DNA from: Gracilinanus agilis
Lineage: Eukaryota
NCBI RefSeq assembly: GCF_016433145.1
Contig: NC_058135.1
Coordinates: 243,036,932-243,100,931, forward strand
Length of the DNA stretch: 64,000 bases
Direction of reading: 5' to 3'
The notes beneath the pieces were generated by a model, which was not told where the DNA came from, made no database searches, and was given only the letters and a program-made list of their open reading frames with translations. Position 1 is the stretch's first letter. Every line of letters starts with the position of its first letter. Positions 52,948-64,000 of this stretch are shown in pieces. The translations under genes and the position numbers were made by a program.

Positions 52948-54834
52948 GTGAAAAGGCACTGAGAACTTGCAGCCAAAGGATCTGATAGATGTTTATTACC
53001 TGTGTGACCTTGGATTAAGCAAATCTCAGCTTTCTCACTGATAAAATGAGGAGTTGGATTATATGACCTCCAAGTTGCCTTCCTACTCTAGTTTTATGAT
53101 CTTGATTTTTTTTAAAGCAGAAGAAAACTCCTTTACTTCTTTTTAATTATTTATTTTGCTGGTCTTTTTCTCCATGTTTCTATCCTTTTCCAAATACCAA
53201 CCTAGCATTTTACAGAATTTGAGAGTTAGAAGGGACCTCAGTGTCTATCTAGTCCAATTCATATATGAAAAGAATCTCTGCCATAATATGCCAAATGTTA
53301 GGTGTATTTGGTTTCAGTTTGTCTTTAATCTATGAGAAAACTTCAGAAAGTTAAACACAGAGGTATGGTTCTATAGCAAGTGTTTAGAGAACCTGTGTTC
53401 AAATCCCACCTGCCACTAGTGCTTATGTGCCCTAGGACAATTTGGTTAATTTCTAAATTATATCCTCAGTCTTCAACTATAAATTAACTACATTAAACTA
53501 GATGACGTCAGTGGTTTCTTCTCTCTCTACTTCTATGATCCCATGGCTGGGAATTCAGTTTGCTTGTTCTTTGCCCTACCCTTGACCATAGAAGCATATA
53601 ATTTTATAGTCTGTGGGGACATCCAGCGTTATCCAGGCTCTCCTCTCACTCAATTCATTCTTCCATAGTAACCCAACAGATGGACATCCAGCCTCTCCTT
53701 ATATGTCCTGTAACGGAGGGCTTGCTAATATACCAGAAAGCCAATTTTATTACTAGATACCTCCAATTACTATAAAGACATTTCCTATTTATATCCAGGA
53801 GATCTTTCCATTCTAGTACTGAGGTTCTAATTTTGTTTTTGGAAAGCATATAAAATTAATCCTATCTTCTACTATGAGTGTTCATTTATTATTTGAATAT
53901 AGCTATTAGCCCCAGAAGTGCTTAAATTCTAAATCAAAGACTTGAATGTTAAAAGTTAATCCTAAATACATACACATAGTATTCTTTTATAGTGACCATT
54001 TAGAAAATCTATGGTAGATTATAAAGTGTCTCTAGGTGCGGAAGATGATGTGACTTGGGTGATCTAAACTGTCCTTTAGTAAGCAGAGGTGTCAATTTCA
54101 CAGATTAATAAAACTGACCAATACCAGAGCAATACTTAGGAATACACACACAGCAAATTCAATATTGGTATCTACCCACAAATTAAATAATAACTTAAAA
54201 TTAAGGTATCAGTGAACAAGGGCATCAAATTAGCTGAAGAGGAAAGGCCATCTTTTTTATTGTGGCTATTTCCTCATGCCTCCAAAATGAATAGAAAAAT
54301 TGGTTATTTAACATAATCAAGACAATGTTGCTTTTCCCACCCTACCTTCAACCTAAGCTGGACAAAACAGTTATTTGACTGAATTAAACCTAAAAAAACC
54401 TACAGATCCCACTTTAGGTTCAGACTGGGATTAGTAGAATGAAATTACCTAGCTCTAAGGATCCAGTCAAAGGAAGCAATTAATTGCAGGTTTATCATTC
54501 TCTTCCCTTTTCAGAGGTTTTGGCTGTTTTCTTTCAACTCAAAATATAAACATGAAAAGATGTCATTGGGTTATACTTCTTTCTACAGGATTACTACTCT
54601 TATGTTTTTATATTGCCTTTAATTTCTGCTCTTCCATTATTTGCTTTTAGATAGGGAAAGGTAGGTATCTTCCCCCAAAAGGAAGTATGCTTTGTCTAAA
54701 GTAATAGGAGAAGAACATTGGCTTTTTCCAGTTGATCAGCCTCAATAAGAGTTTTGAGTTATGTTTGCAGCTTTGTGATATGGATCAAAGAATCATATAT
54801 CTAGAATAAGGGTCCTTAGGGCAAAATCCACCAA

Positions 54835-55040
54835 ACCCCAAGAAGCCCATGGACAGATTTCAGGGGATCCATAAACTTGGAAAAAAATTGTGTGTTTATT
54901 TGTACTAACCTCTAATTGAAATTTCAAATTTTTTTTCAATTATGATGAATGTAGGAAACAAACCTTTATTCTGAGAAGAGATAATTATATTTCATCTGTA
55001 TGCAAAAGTGTCCATGATACAAAAAGGGAATGAATCCCAG
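54835..55040 (-). mobile_element. hAT/Charlie-type MITE remnant
   Basis: TTATTCTGAGAAG...TGTCCATGATACAAAAAGG resembles the reverse complement of Charlie-type MITE sequence like the 29.5 kb copy. Confidence 0.45.
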
Positions 55041-56227
55041 CACCAGAGCACCTGTCTTAATGAATGGATTTTGAAAAATGACAAGCCTTTCATTTATGAG
55101 CTTGTAAATTATTTTACCACAATTTTGATGCAGGGCTGGCTCTCTCATCTCACACATCTAGCACATTGTTTCCTATTCTTTTCAATATTCTTGTCTGTTG
55201 TTTTAAAGCTTCAAGGGACTTCTGAGGTCACCTAGTCCAGCTATCTCATGTAACAGATGAGAAGAACAAGACCCAGAGAGGGTAAATGACTTCTGTATGG
55301 CAGCAGAATGGTAGAGGTCAGAACTGGAACCAGGTCATTGGATTCCAAACCCAAATCTTTTCACTATACCATGTTCCCAGGAAAGACAAGCTAATACTAA
55401 TCCATCACACAGCAAAAAACTATTTTAAAATATTCTGCAGAACAAAGTCTTCCAAAATTAAGTATAATTTCTTACCAACTAGTAGCAATAACATGATATG
55501 ATATTTATATGAACTGAACTTTATCATAATAAATTAATTTTATACATTTTATCCTTTCATACTCACAACAACCCTGTGAGGTAGGTAAGGCAAATATTAA
55601 TTTTCTTACATTACAGATGAGGAAATAGAGACTTGGAAACGTCTAGTGACTTATACAAGGTGATACAACAAAGTTAAGACTTAAAACCACATCCCTTTGT
55701 CTTTTTCACATTGGGACATATACTTAAATTGTTCAATCAAATAAAAAAAATATTTTTTTTAGTTTCTACTATGTGTGAGATCCTGGGATGGGTGCCAGCA
55801 AAGTAAAGGTAAAAGGGAAAGTATCACCTGCCCTCAAAAAAGTTACATCCTGGGAGGAGGGGGGCAGTTCAACATTTACACAGATATTTAAATGCAAAAT
55901 CATTTGTTAAGAGAGAGAAAACACTTGCATCTATGGGAAATGGGAAATGCCTTCTTTAGGGAAGAGCATTTAGCTATATCTTGAAAACAGCTAAGGATTC
56001 TAAGAGACTGAGATAAGGAAAGAATGTATGAGAAAAAATTGCATTCCAAAAAAGGGAGAGAGCCTACATAAAGCCACCAACTTGGAGATAGAATTCTCTG
56101 TGTTCATAATAAAATAAAACTGTTAAAAGATTTTCTATATCCCTCTTCCCTTTGATAAGTACATGTAATCAAGAATTAAATGGATCTCAACATTGGCAGA
56201 AGAAAAAGAATATTCCACCAAACCAAA

Positions 56228-56450
56228 ACCTACCTTTTGGAATGAGAAATCATTCAAGAAAATATAGTTAATGACATATCCTATTTATGCTGGATTTTCA
56301 AGTATTTGGGGACTGATTCCCAGAAGTTCCTTGGCTCACTTCCTTGGAAATACCCATTAGTCATTAATAATGACATATACTTGTTGTATTTTGATGGGTT
56401 AATTGTGGCCCTAAGTATCATTCTTATGTCTCTGAAATTTCCCAAGGGAT
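56228..56450 (-). promoter_or_regulatory. Candidate promoter and 5'UTR exon donor of the 51592-52536 OR
   Basis: Perfect O/E palindrome TCCCAAGGGA (56440-56449), TAATTG (56400), inverted TAATGA pair (56361-56373), and minus-strand donor AAG|GTAGGT at 56233. Confidence 0.45.
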
Positions 56451-58299
56451 CAATTTATTCTGTTTGTTTCAATATAAGAAAAATAAAGCTCTCCCCTGAC
56501 CTTTGCTATTCAACTTAGAGATCTATATCTACTCATTGTGACTGCACTGATACAGGCAAAGTGGAGGCTGCAGAAATTGTAATATTAGAGCAAAATCTTA
56601 AAGGTTTATTTTAACCTGAATTATTCAGTTCCACTAAATTCATTAATCAAATTCACTGGAAATTTTGTCATCTGCCAGATCACTTTGCCACCCACTCAAT
56701 AGCAAATATTTTAAAAATATTGATGTTCTCAGTCAACATGAATCTTTATCTCCAGACACCTTGTAGATTTGGAGTAGCAGAGTGACGTGACATGACTTAC
56801 AAGTAAACATAATGAAAATTATTCTAGCAGTTGGTTGAATGATTGATTAGTGGCAGGAGAGAATGACTAGGAAGTCCTTTCAGTAGGCTATGAGAATACA
56901 CCAGGCAGGCAGCAACTGAGGTCTTAAGTAGGTTGGTATCAATAGGAGTAAGGCAGCAGTGGGAAAATTGGAGTGGACAGGATTGCTGAAGGGCTACTGG
57001 AGAGGCATAATGGACAGGATTTAACTACTGAATAGATTCAAATGACGGAGAAGAGAATAGAAGGGCAACATCAAAATTCTGAACAGAGAAGTAGAAATAA
57101 TGACTTTGGTACAAAAATGAGGGGCTTGATTTTATATAAATTGGTTTTAAGGTCTCAAGTGGTCATCCAGGTGGAAATGTCATGTGGGTTGTTTTGAGTT
57201 CAAAGGAGAAGTCAGCTTTGAAAACACATGCATATATTAAGTATATATATATGCATACATATATACATATATAATTTACATAGAGGCTAATAGTTGAGAT
57301 TGCCAAAGGAGAGAATATAGAAAGTGACAAAAGAGTGACTACACAGACATCCTAAGGCACTACTTCATTTATTCACTGAGGAATTATTAAAGAGAAACAG
57401 CAAAGCAGTCAGGAAAGGAGAACCAAAAATGTGGTGGCAAAAGTCTGGAGAGGAAAAAGCATCTAGGCAGAGGGAGAGAGTAAAGTTGTCATATGCTACA
57501 AAGCACCAATTAATGAATCAAGATTAAATGTCTTATTATCTAATTATTCTACTAGAAGTGAAGATACAAACACAAAAATGTTCTTATTAGAGGTAGACTA
57601 TGAAACCATAACCCTTTATTCTTTTCATGATGGGAAGTTCACATCAATTACTTAATTCAATTTGATGGGTATTTTTTCAATTCCTCTCACATGCTAAGTG
57701 CTGGAAATACAAAGGTAAAATGAAAAATAGTACCTGCCTCTAAAGAAACTACATTGTACCATGAGAGTGGGTATGGAATACAAGATTTAAACATATATTT
57801 AAATTCAAAAGAATTTGTTAAGGAAGGGAACACTAACAACTATGAAAAATAGGAAATGCCTTCTGTCAAGTTTGGCACCTGAGCTGAAACTTGAAAGTAG
57901 CTAAAGATTTTAAGAGTCAATGATGAGGTCATGAGGACAAATTAACTTTTCTGGCTTTGTTATCTTTTGGAAGAACCAAGTACATGTATAAGTAGCTCTA
58001 AACTACATCCAAAGTAAATACCAGGTATGTTTCAGGGAGAAACACTAGTAACAGAGAATCAAGATAGGCTTAAAAAAGTTGTTTTAAAGGAGGTTTGGTC
58101 TAAGAAGCAGAAATAAAGAAGGGGGTATTCCAGGCATGGGGAATGCATTCCTGAAAAACAAAGATGACAAAAAAGAGATGTACAGAATATTCAATTTGTA
58201 AACACTCTCAACAACTAAAATACAAGAAAGGTAGATTAATAAAACAGTCAAGTTATGAAAGTATTCCTCTAGCATTTTTAAGTTATTCCTTTTGGTTTT

Positions 58300-58615
58300 G
58301 TTTTCAAGGAGAGATCAAATTCTTATTTCCAAATTCACATTGAACAAAGCTTTCATGCTCAATAGGACAGAGAAAGAGATGAAGAGAAATAAGTAATTAA
58401 AAAAATTCAATGAAGTTTGGATGGACAGAGAAAGAGGAATGAGGAAGATAATATGATAAAAGACTAGAATCAAAGTATTCTCAGCAAAAATAATAATATT
58501 AAAAATTATTTAAAAGAAACAGAGGAAAACAGAAAAATCTTAATCTTAAATATGAATAGATTAAACAATCCAATCAAACAAAAGAGTGGCAAAATGGATA
58601 AGATAATTAAACCCG
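58300..58615 (+). mobile_element. Very old L1 (inter-ORF/ORF2 start), resumes at about 60700-60880
   Basis: AATCTTAAATATGAATAGATTAAACAATCCAATCAAAC resembles an ORF2 N-terminus. It is split by a younger L1. Confidence 0.5.
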
Positions 58616-58616
58616 T

Positions 58617-60700
58617 AGGGTGAAGTCAAGATGATGGAATAAGACAGGAACTCCCTGACTGCTCCCAAATTCAACTTCAAACAATTATTTAAAAATGCCC
58701 CCAAATGAGTTCTGGAGTAGCTGAACCAACAAAAGTTTGGGGTGAAACAATTTTCCAGACCAAGATAACTTAGAAGGTCACCAGGAAAAGTCTGTTTTAT
58801 GGGAGTAAAAGGGCAGTGCAGTTCAACTCAGTCAAAGTCTCTGGGTCTCCAGCACAAGAAGTTTAGAACAGTGCCCTCTCCAATCCTGGAATAGAGTATA
58901 CAGTTAAATGTCATGGAATAAGGTAGGGAAAAATAAGAAAAAAAAGAATCTAGTCATAGAAAGATAGTACAGTGATAGGGAAGATCAAAACACAAACACA
59001 GAAAGCAACAATGTTAAACTGGCTATGTACAAAACCTCAAGGAAAAATGTAAAATGGTGACATGCCCTGAAAGAATTCCAAGCAGAGCTTAAAAAAGATT
59101 TTTAAAATCAAATAAGAAAAAATAAGGGGGAAATTGGGAAAAGAAATGAGTGTGATACAAGAGAATCATGAAAAAAAGTTAATGGCTCAGTAAAGGAAGA
59201 ATAAGAAGTGGAAAAATATGTACAAAATTAAAGAAAACAATGCCTTAAAAAGAATTACCCAAATGTAAAAGGAGGAACAAAAATTTACTGAATAAAACCA
59301 CTCTTTAGATAATGGAATTGGTGAAATGATAAAAGGGGTACGAAAGCTCAACAAAGAAAATAATTTCCTAAAAATTAGAATTGGGCAAACAGAAACTAAT
59401 GACTTCATGAGACATCAAAAAACAATAAAACCCACTTGACCCCCATTGCCCACCCTTACCAATCTTCCACCTATGAGACAATACACCGAAGTACAAGGGT
59501 TAAAAAAAAAACTCTAAAAAAAACAACAATAAAATCAAATCAAAAGAATGGAAAAATAGAAGAAAATGTTAAATAACTCATTGGAAAAACAGTTAACTTG
59601 ATTACATTAAATTAAAACAGTTTTGCACAAACAAAATCAACGCAACCAAGATTAGAAGGAAAGTAGAGAACTTAAACAAATTTTTACTGCAAGTTTCTCT
59701 GATAAAGGCCTTGTTTCTTAAATATAGAAAACAGAGTCAAAAATTTAAGAATAATAATCATTCCCCCAATGACAAATGGTCAAAGCATATGAACAGGCAG
59801 TTTCTAGATAAAGAAATCACAGTTATTTATAGTCATATGGAAAAATGCTCCAAATCACTATTTATCAGAGAAATGAAAATTAAGACAACTCTGAGGTACC
59901 ATCCCATACCTATCAGGTTGTTGAAAATTCCACAAAAGGAAAATGATAAATTTCAGAGGAACTATGGTAAAATTGGCATACTAATACACTATAAGTGGAA
60001 TTGTGAATGGGCACTACCTTTCTGGAGAAAAATTTGGAACTATGCCTCAAGGGCTATAAAATTTTGCATAACATTTCATCCAAAAATACCACTAGTAGGT
60101 TTTTATCCCAAAGAGATTTTTACAAAGGGGTTGCAAAGAAATGGAAATTGAAAGGATGTCCATCAATTATAGAATGAGTTATTTTTATAACTTACTTTTG
60201 TGCTATTAGAAATAACAAACAGGCTGATTTAAAAAAAATCATTGAAGGACTTAAATTAACTGATGCAAAGGAAAATGATACAAACCAGAAGATTATTGTA
60301 CACAGTAACAGCAATATTGTATGATGATCAGCTGTGAATAATTTAGCTATTCTCAGCCATACAAGAATCAAAGAAAAATCCAAAGGGCTCATGATGAAAA
60401 ATGCTATCCATTTCAAGAGAAAGAACTGATGGAATATGACTGCATATCAAAGCTTAGTATTTTTCATTTTATCTTTTTAATGTCTTTTCCCACAATGTGA
60501 TTAATATGGAAATGGGTTTTGCATGATGGCATCTTGCATGTTTTGCATTATGTTTAAACTATATTAAATTGCATACTCTCTCAGGGATGGGAAGGAGACA
60601 AAGCAAGGTAGAAGAGAATTTGGAACTCAAAACGTTAGCAAACAAATATTAGAAATTGTTTTTACATATAATTCAGAAAAAGTATAATGTTACTGAAAAA
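58617..60700 (+). mobile_element. Older marsupial L1 with a large internal deletion (mid-ORF1 joined to ORF2 C-terminus at about 59598)
   Basis: 5' end GGGTGAAGTCAAGATG, ORF1-like coiled-coil segment, then TTGATTACATTAAATTAAAA, peptide SLFIREMKIKTTLRYHPIPIRL, and a 3'UTR. Confidence 0.8.
59431..59524 (+). mobile_element. 5'-truncated marsupial SINE inserted in L1 ORF1
   Basis: CACTTGACCCCCATTGCCCACCCTTACC...AAGGGTTAAAAAAA flanked by TSD AACAATAAAA (59421-59430 and 59525-59534). Confidence 0.8.
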
Positions 60701-60891
60701 ATGAAAATTAACTCCCCAAATTTTCTATATGCAAGAAAATTTTCTGACAAATAAAGGCACAGATGGAATGGAGGAATAAATAGAATAAAAGATGCTAATT
60801 AACTGAAAATAAATTAAAGCAAAATTATAGGAGACCAGTATTATTGTAAATTGATACTAGACATAGTCAAATGGAAAGAATGATTAAGGAT

Positions 60892-61090
60892 GGGACAGAT
60901 AGGTAGTTCAGTATTGAGAGTCAGGCCTAAAGGTGGGAGGTTCTATCTTCAAATATGACCTCAGACACTTTCTAGCTGTGTAACCCTGGACAAGTCACAT
61001 AAACCAATTGCCTAGCATTTGCTGCTTTTGTTTTAGAACCAATACTTAGTATTGATTCCAAGATGGAAGGTTATGATTTTATTTAAAAAA
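60892..61090 (+). mobile_element. Marsupial SINE (SINE1_Mdo-like)
   Basis: GGGACAGATAGGTAGTTCAGT head, CORE segment, and AACCAATACTTAGTATTGATTCCAAGATGGAAGG tail. Confidence 0.8.
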
Positions 61091-62049
61091 ATAATTATGG
61101 ATAAATTTGTTTCACAATATTTTTCCTGTAGAATTTTAATTTGAAAATCCCAGTCAAAAATATCCCTACTACCTTTTTAAAGCTTATATATTTCATTGAA
61201 ATTTTCCTTGAGAAGTACAAGCACTCAAATAGATACTATACAAACAGACAAAATTTAAAATGTAAGAAAAAGGAATATAAAAAAGAAAAGCTATTTAAAA
61301 TATGCGAACTCTACCTGTCTGCACAATTTTATAAACCAGCCAATTAGTGTATTGTATGTTAGAGTTAGAAGTTTTAAAGGATCATATATCCAAGAGTTAG
61401 AAAAGAACTCAGTGGTATAATGAAATGAGAATTGGCCCCAGAGTTAGGGGAACTGAATTCAAATCCTACCCTGATGCTTTATTTAATTTTATTAAATAAC
61501 TACTTATTTAATAATAATAAGTATTATAGTAAATAATACATATTAAATTTATTACACTTTTATAAAGTTTATTAAAGTTTTTATAAAGTTTATTAAGCCT
61601 CTCTGGGGCTCAGTTTTTTTAATCTATGAAATGAGAATTGATTAGATGGATTCTGTTGATTTTTCAAGCTCTAAATCTCTGAATATAAGTATAGTTGACT
61701 ATCTTGTTATACATGGAGAACTGAGACCCAGAGAGGTTAAGTGATTTGCCGTTATAGGAGTTTTGAACTCAGGGTTTATGATTCCAAATACATTGCTATT
61801 TTCACCACACCACAAATGTTAGAGATTATCTACATCGATGCTCCTTAATTTTAGAGGTGAAAAAGAGGCACAGGGAGAGCAACTCATTTCTCTCAAAGTC
61901 AAAGTCCATCACTGAGATTAAGACCCATAAATGTCTTCAGACTGTCAGTAGAGCACTCTGTTCTTTAAATCATATTACCTAAATAATTACATTTCCCAGT
62001 TTATCTTATAAGAATGCTATTTAATTGAAATTGCCAATAGTTCCAATAA

Positions 62050-62994
62050 TTAAGAATGTCTTTTACTATTGACCAGTCTTTTTAAAGCATCTTTAATCTC
62101 TTTGTTCCTCAGGCTATAGATCATGGGATTCAACATTGGGATCACCACAATATAGAAAACCGACACCACTTTGTTCTGATCTGTGGAATAGCTGGATGTA
62201 GGCATCACATAAATGAATATAATGGTCCCATAGAAAAGAGTGACTGCAGTGAGGTGGGAGGTGCAGGTAGAAAAGGCTTTGTGTCTTCCTTCTGTGGAGT
62301 TCATGCTCAGAATGGTGAAGAAGATGTACAGATAGGAGATGGCAATGGTTACAAGAGCTATAGCTATTATTATTGCAGAATAGATAGCAGGAAGTATTTC
62401 TGCTGCAAAGGCATGATAACAGGAAAGCTTAACCAATGGAGAAAAATCACAGAAAAAGTGATCGATTACATTGGGTCCACAGAAAGATAAATTCAATAAG
62501 CAGCCAGTATAAGTTACCCCATTCAGACAACCACCGATGTAGGAAATCACTATAAGAAGAAGGCAGACCCGGTCAGACATCTTCACAGAGTAAAGCAATG
62601 GGTTACAAATGGCCATGTAGCGGTCATATGCCATGGATGTGAGCAAGAAAGACTCTGTGGCCCCAAAGGTGACCAGAGAACACAGCTGGGTAATACAGCC
62701 AGAATAAGATATGATATTTTTCTCCATTAAAAAATTTGCAAGCATGTTAGGTGTTGCACCTGTAGAATACCAAAAATCAACAAAAGCCAAATGACTCAGA
62801 AAGAGGTACATGGGGGTGTGAAGCTGGGGACTCAGCCTGATCAGTATGATTGTGCAGAAATTTCCCATGACAGTGAATACATATATCCCCAGAATTAACA
62901 CAAAAAGAATGATACAAAGAAGGGGATCATCTGTTAATCCCAGAAGAAGGAAGTTGGTGACTGCTGTGTAGTTTCCTGATGGCATAGATTCCAT
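62050..62994 (-). CDS. OR5P3-like: Intact olfactory receptor, OR5P subfamily, 314 aa (true ATG at 62994, [10 protein letters not shown])
   Basis: All OR motifs intact, same length as the paralog at 51592-52536. The track's 63015 start is a TTG lying upstream of the CAG acceptor at 63004-63006. Confidence 0.95.
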   Translation of the reverse strand: MESMPSGNYTAVTNFLLLGLTDDPLLCIILFVLILGIYVFTVMGNFCTIILIRLSPQLHTPMYLFLSHLAFVDFWYSTGATPNMLANFLMEKNIISYSGCITQLCSLVTFGATESFLLTSMAYDRYMAICNPLLYSVKMSDRVCLLLIVISYIGGCLNGVTYTGCLLNLSFCGPNVIDHFFCDFSPLVKLSCYHAFAAEILPAIYSAIIIAIALVTIAISYLYIFFTILSMNSTEGRHKAFSTCTSHLTAVTLFYGTIIFIYVMPTSSYSTDQNKVVSVFYIVVIPMLNPMIYSLRNKEIKDALKRLVNSKRHS

Positions 62995-63049
62995 GTGTGA
63001 TTCCTGGTATAACAAAAGTGCAGATAGAGACTTAATAAGACAATTAAAA

Positions 63050-64000
63050 TTAGTTTTTCATTCTATTTTCAACTTTTAAAAATCATATTGATGGCATATT
63101 TATTTTGTTAATTTCAAATAACCAGTTTGTAATTTTATTGGCTCTGTCATTTATTTTCCAATTTGTCTATTTTAAAATAATTTCTAACTTTTCTTCTTTT
63201 GTGCAAAATTTTGGTTTATTTCTTAAATTTCTCTTTTTAATTACATATTCAATTTAGTTACTTTTCTTTGTTGTCAGTTTATACTATCAAGGATGTAATT
63301 TTTCATTTGTAATTTTAGTTTCATTCCAGAAATGTTTGTATATTATCTCTTAGTCATTTTCTTTCATGCTGTTATAAATTGCTTCTGTGATTTGTTTTTT
63401 TGACTCATTCATTATTCAGAATTTTGTTATAAAGTCTGTTTTTATATCTGTATATTTTGTTTGCATTCCAATAATTAATAATATACCATAATTAAACAAC
63501 TTAATTGTTGTTTTATTGTGGAACAGTCTATAATGATATATAGTAATTTGCATTTTTAGCATTTATAATTTCTTTATGTACAAGTTCAATTTAAAAGGTA
63601 TTACTTGGTGATGAAAAAAACCATGTGTATCTTTTTATATTCCCATTTAGAAAACGATGTCAGTTAGTTCTAAATTCTCCAATTTCTTCAATTCTATTTT
63701 CCCTTTTGTTTATCTTTGTAAGATTTGTCTAGCTCAATGAGAAGAACATTAAAGCTTCCTACAATTACTAAAAAATTTTCCTTTGAAGCTCCATTCAGAA
63801 TTATGATGGAATTACCTTTTCCTTCTTGGTTTACTTGTTGGACTTCTCTCAGTTACAAAGTGTTCCTTATGTTTGGCATTTTCTTCTGTTTACTATCCCC
63901 AGCCTCCAGTATTTCAGTCAAATTCCTTCAATACTGTTGGCAGACCATATTTCATACTTGTGGTGGCAAATATTAGGTCATGCTTTCTGCAGGAATTACT
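63050..64000 (-). mobile_element. Old L1 (ORF2 endonuclease region), runs off the window
   Basis: Minus strand GTAATTGTAGGAAGCTTTAATGTTCTTCTCATTGAGCTAGACAAATC resembles IIVGDFNTPLSELDKS. Confidence 0.7.

Noticed and set aside
62995-63015. N-terminal extension MLYQESH in the ORF track
   Set aside because: It starts at TTG upstream of the conserved CAG acceptor. The paralog begins at the equivalent of 62994.
1-64000. CRISPR arrays, rRNA, tRNA genes, prokaryotic operons
   Set aside because: None seen. The sequence is mammalian, and tRNA-like heads belong to SINEs.

Overview
Mammalian, repeat-rich genomic DNA. SINE1_Mdo-type SINEs, a MAR1-type SINE and L1_Mdo-type 3' ends point to a didelphid marsupial, probably opossum. 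The window is part of a class II olfactory receptor (OR) cluster, all on the minus strand. It holds three intact single-exon ORs: one OR5E1-like at 18417-19358 and two OR5P-like paralogs at 51592-52536 and 62050-62994. A fourth, heavily degenerate OR lies at about 29935-30770. The rest is mostly L1 (one full-length copy, three internally deleted, several truncated), solo ERV LTRs, SINEs, ancient L2/CR1/MIR remnants, hAT MITEs, microsatellites and two assembly gaps. I found no convincing novel multi-gene system. Best leads: (1) two unrelated L1 copies whose internal deletions resume at essentially the same ORF2 position, one with a HAL1-like structure; (2) the degenerate OR keeps a 247-codon open frame and plausible splice and promoter signals; (3) patchwork identity between the OR5P paralogs suggests gene conversion; (4) an adjacent homeodomain+Ebf motif resembles OR enhancer composites. 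Repeat family names and OR orthology are from recall, not database searches. All counts were made by hand, and boundaries of old repeats are approximate.
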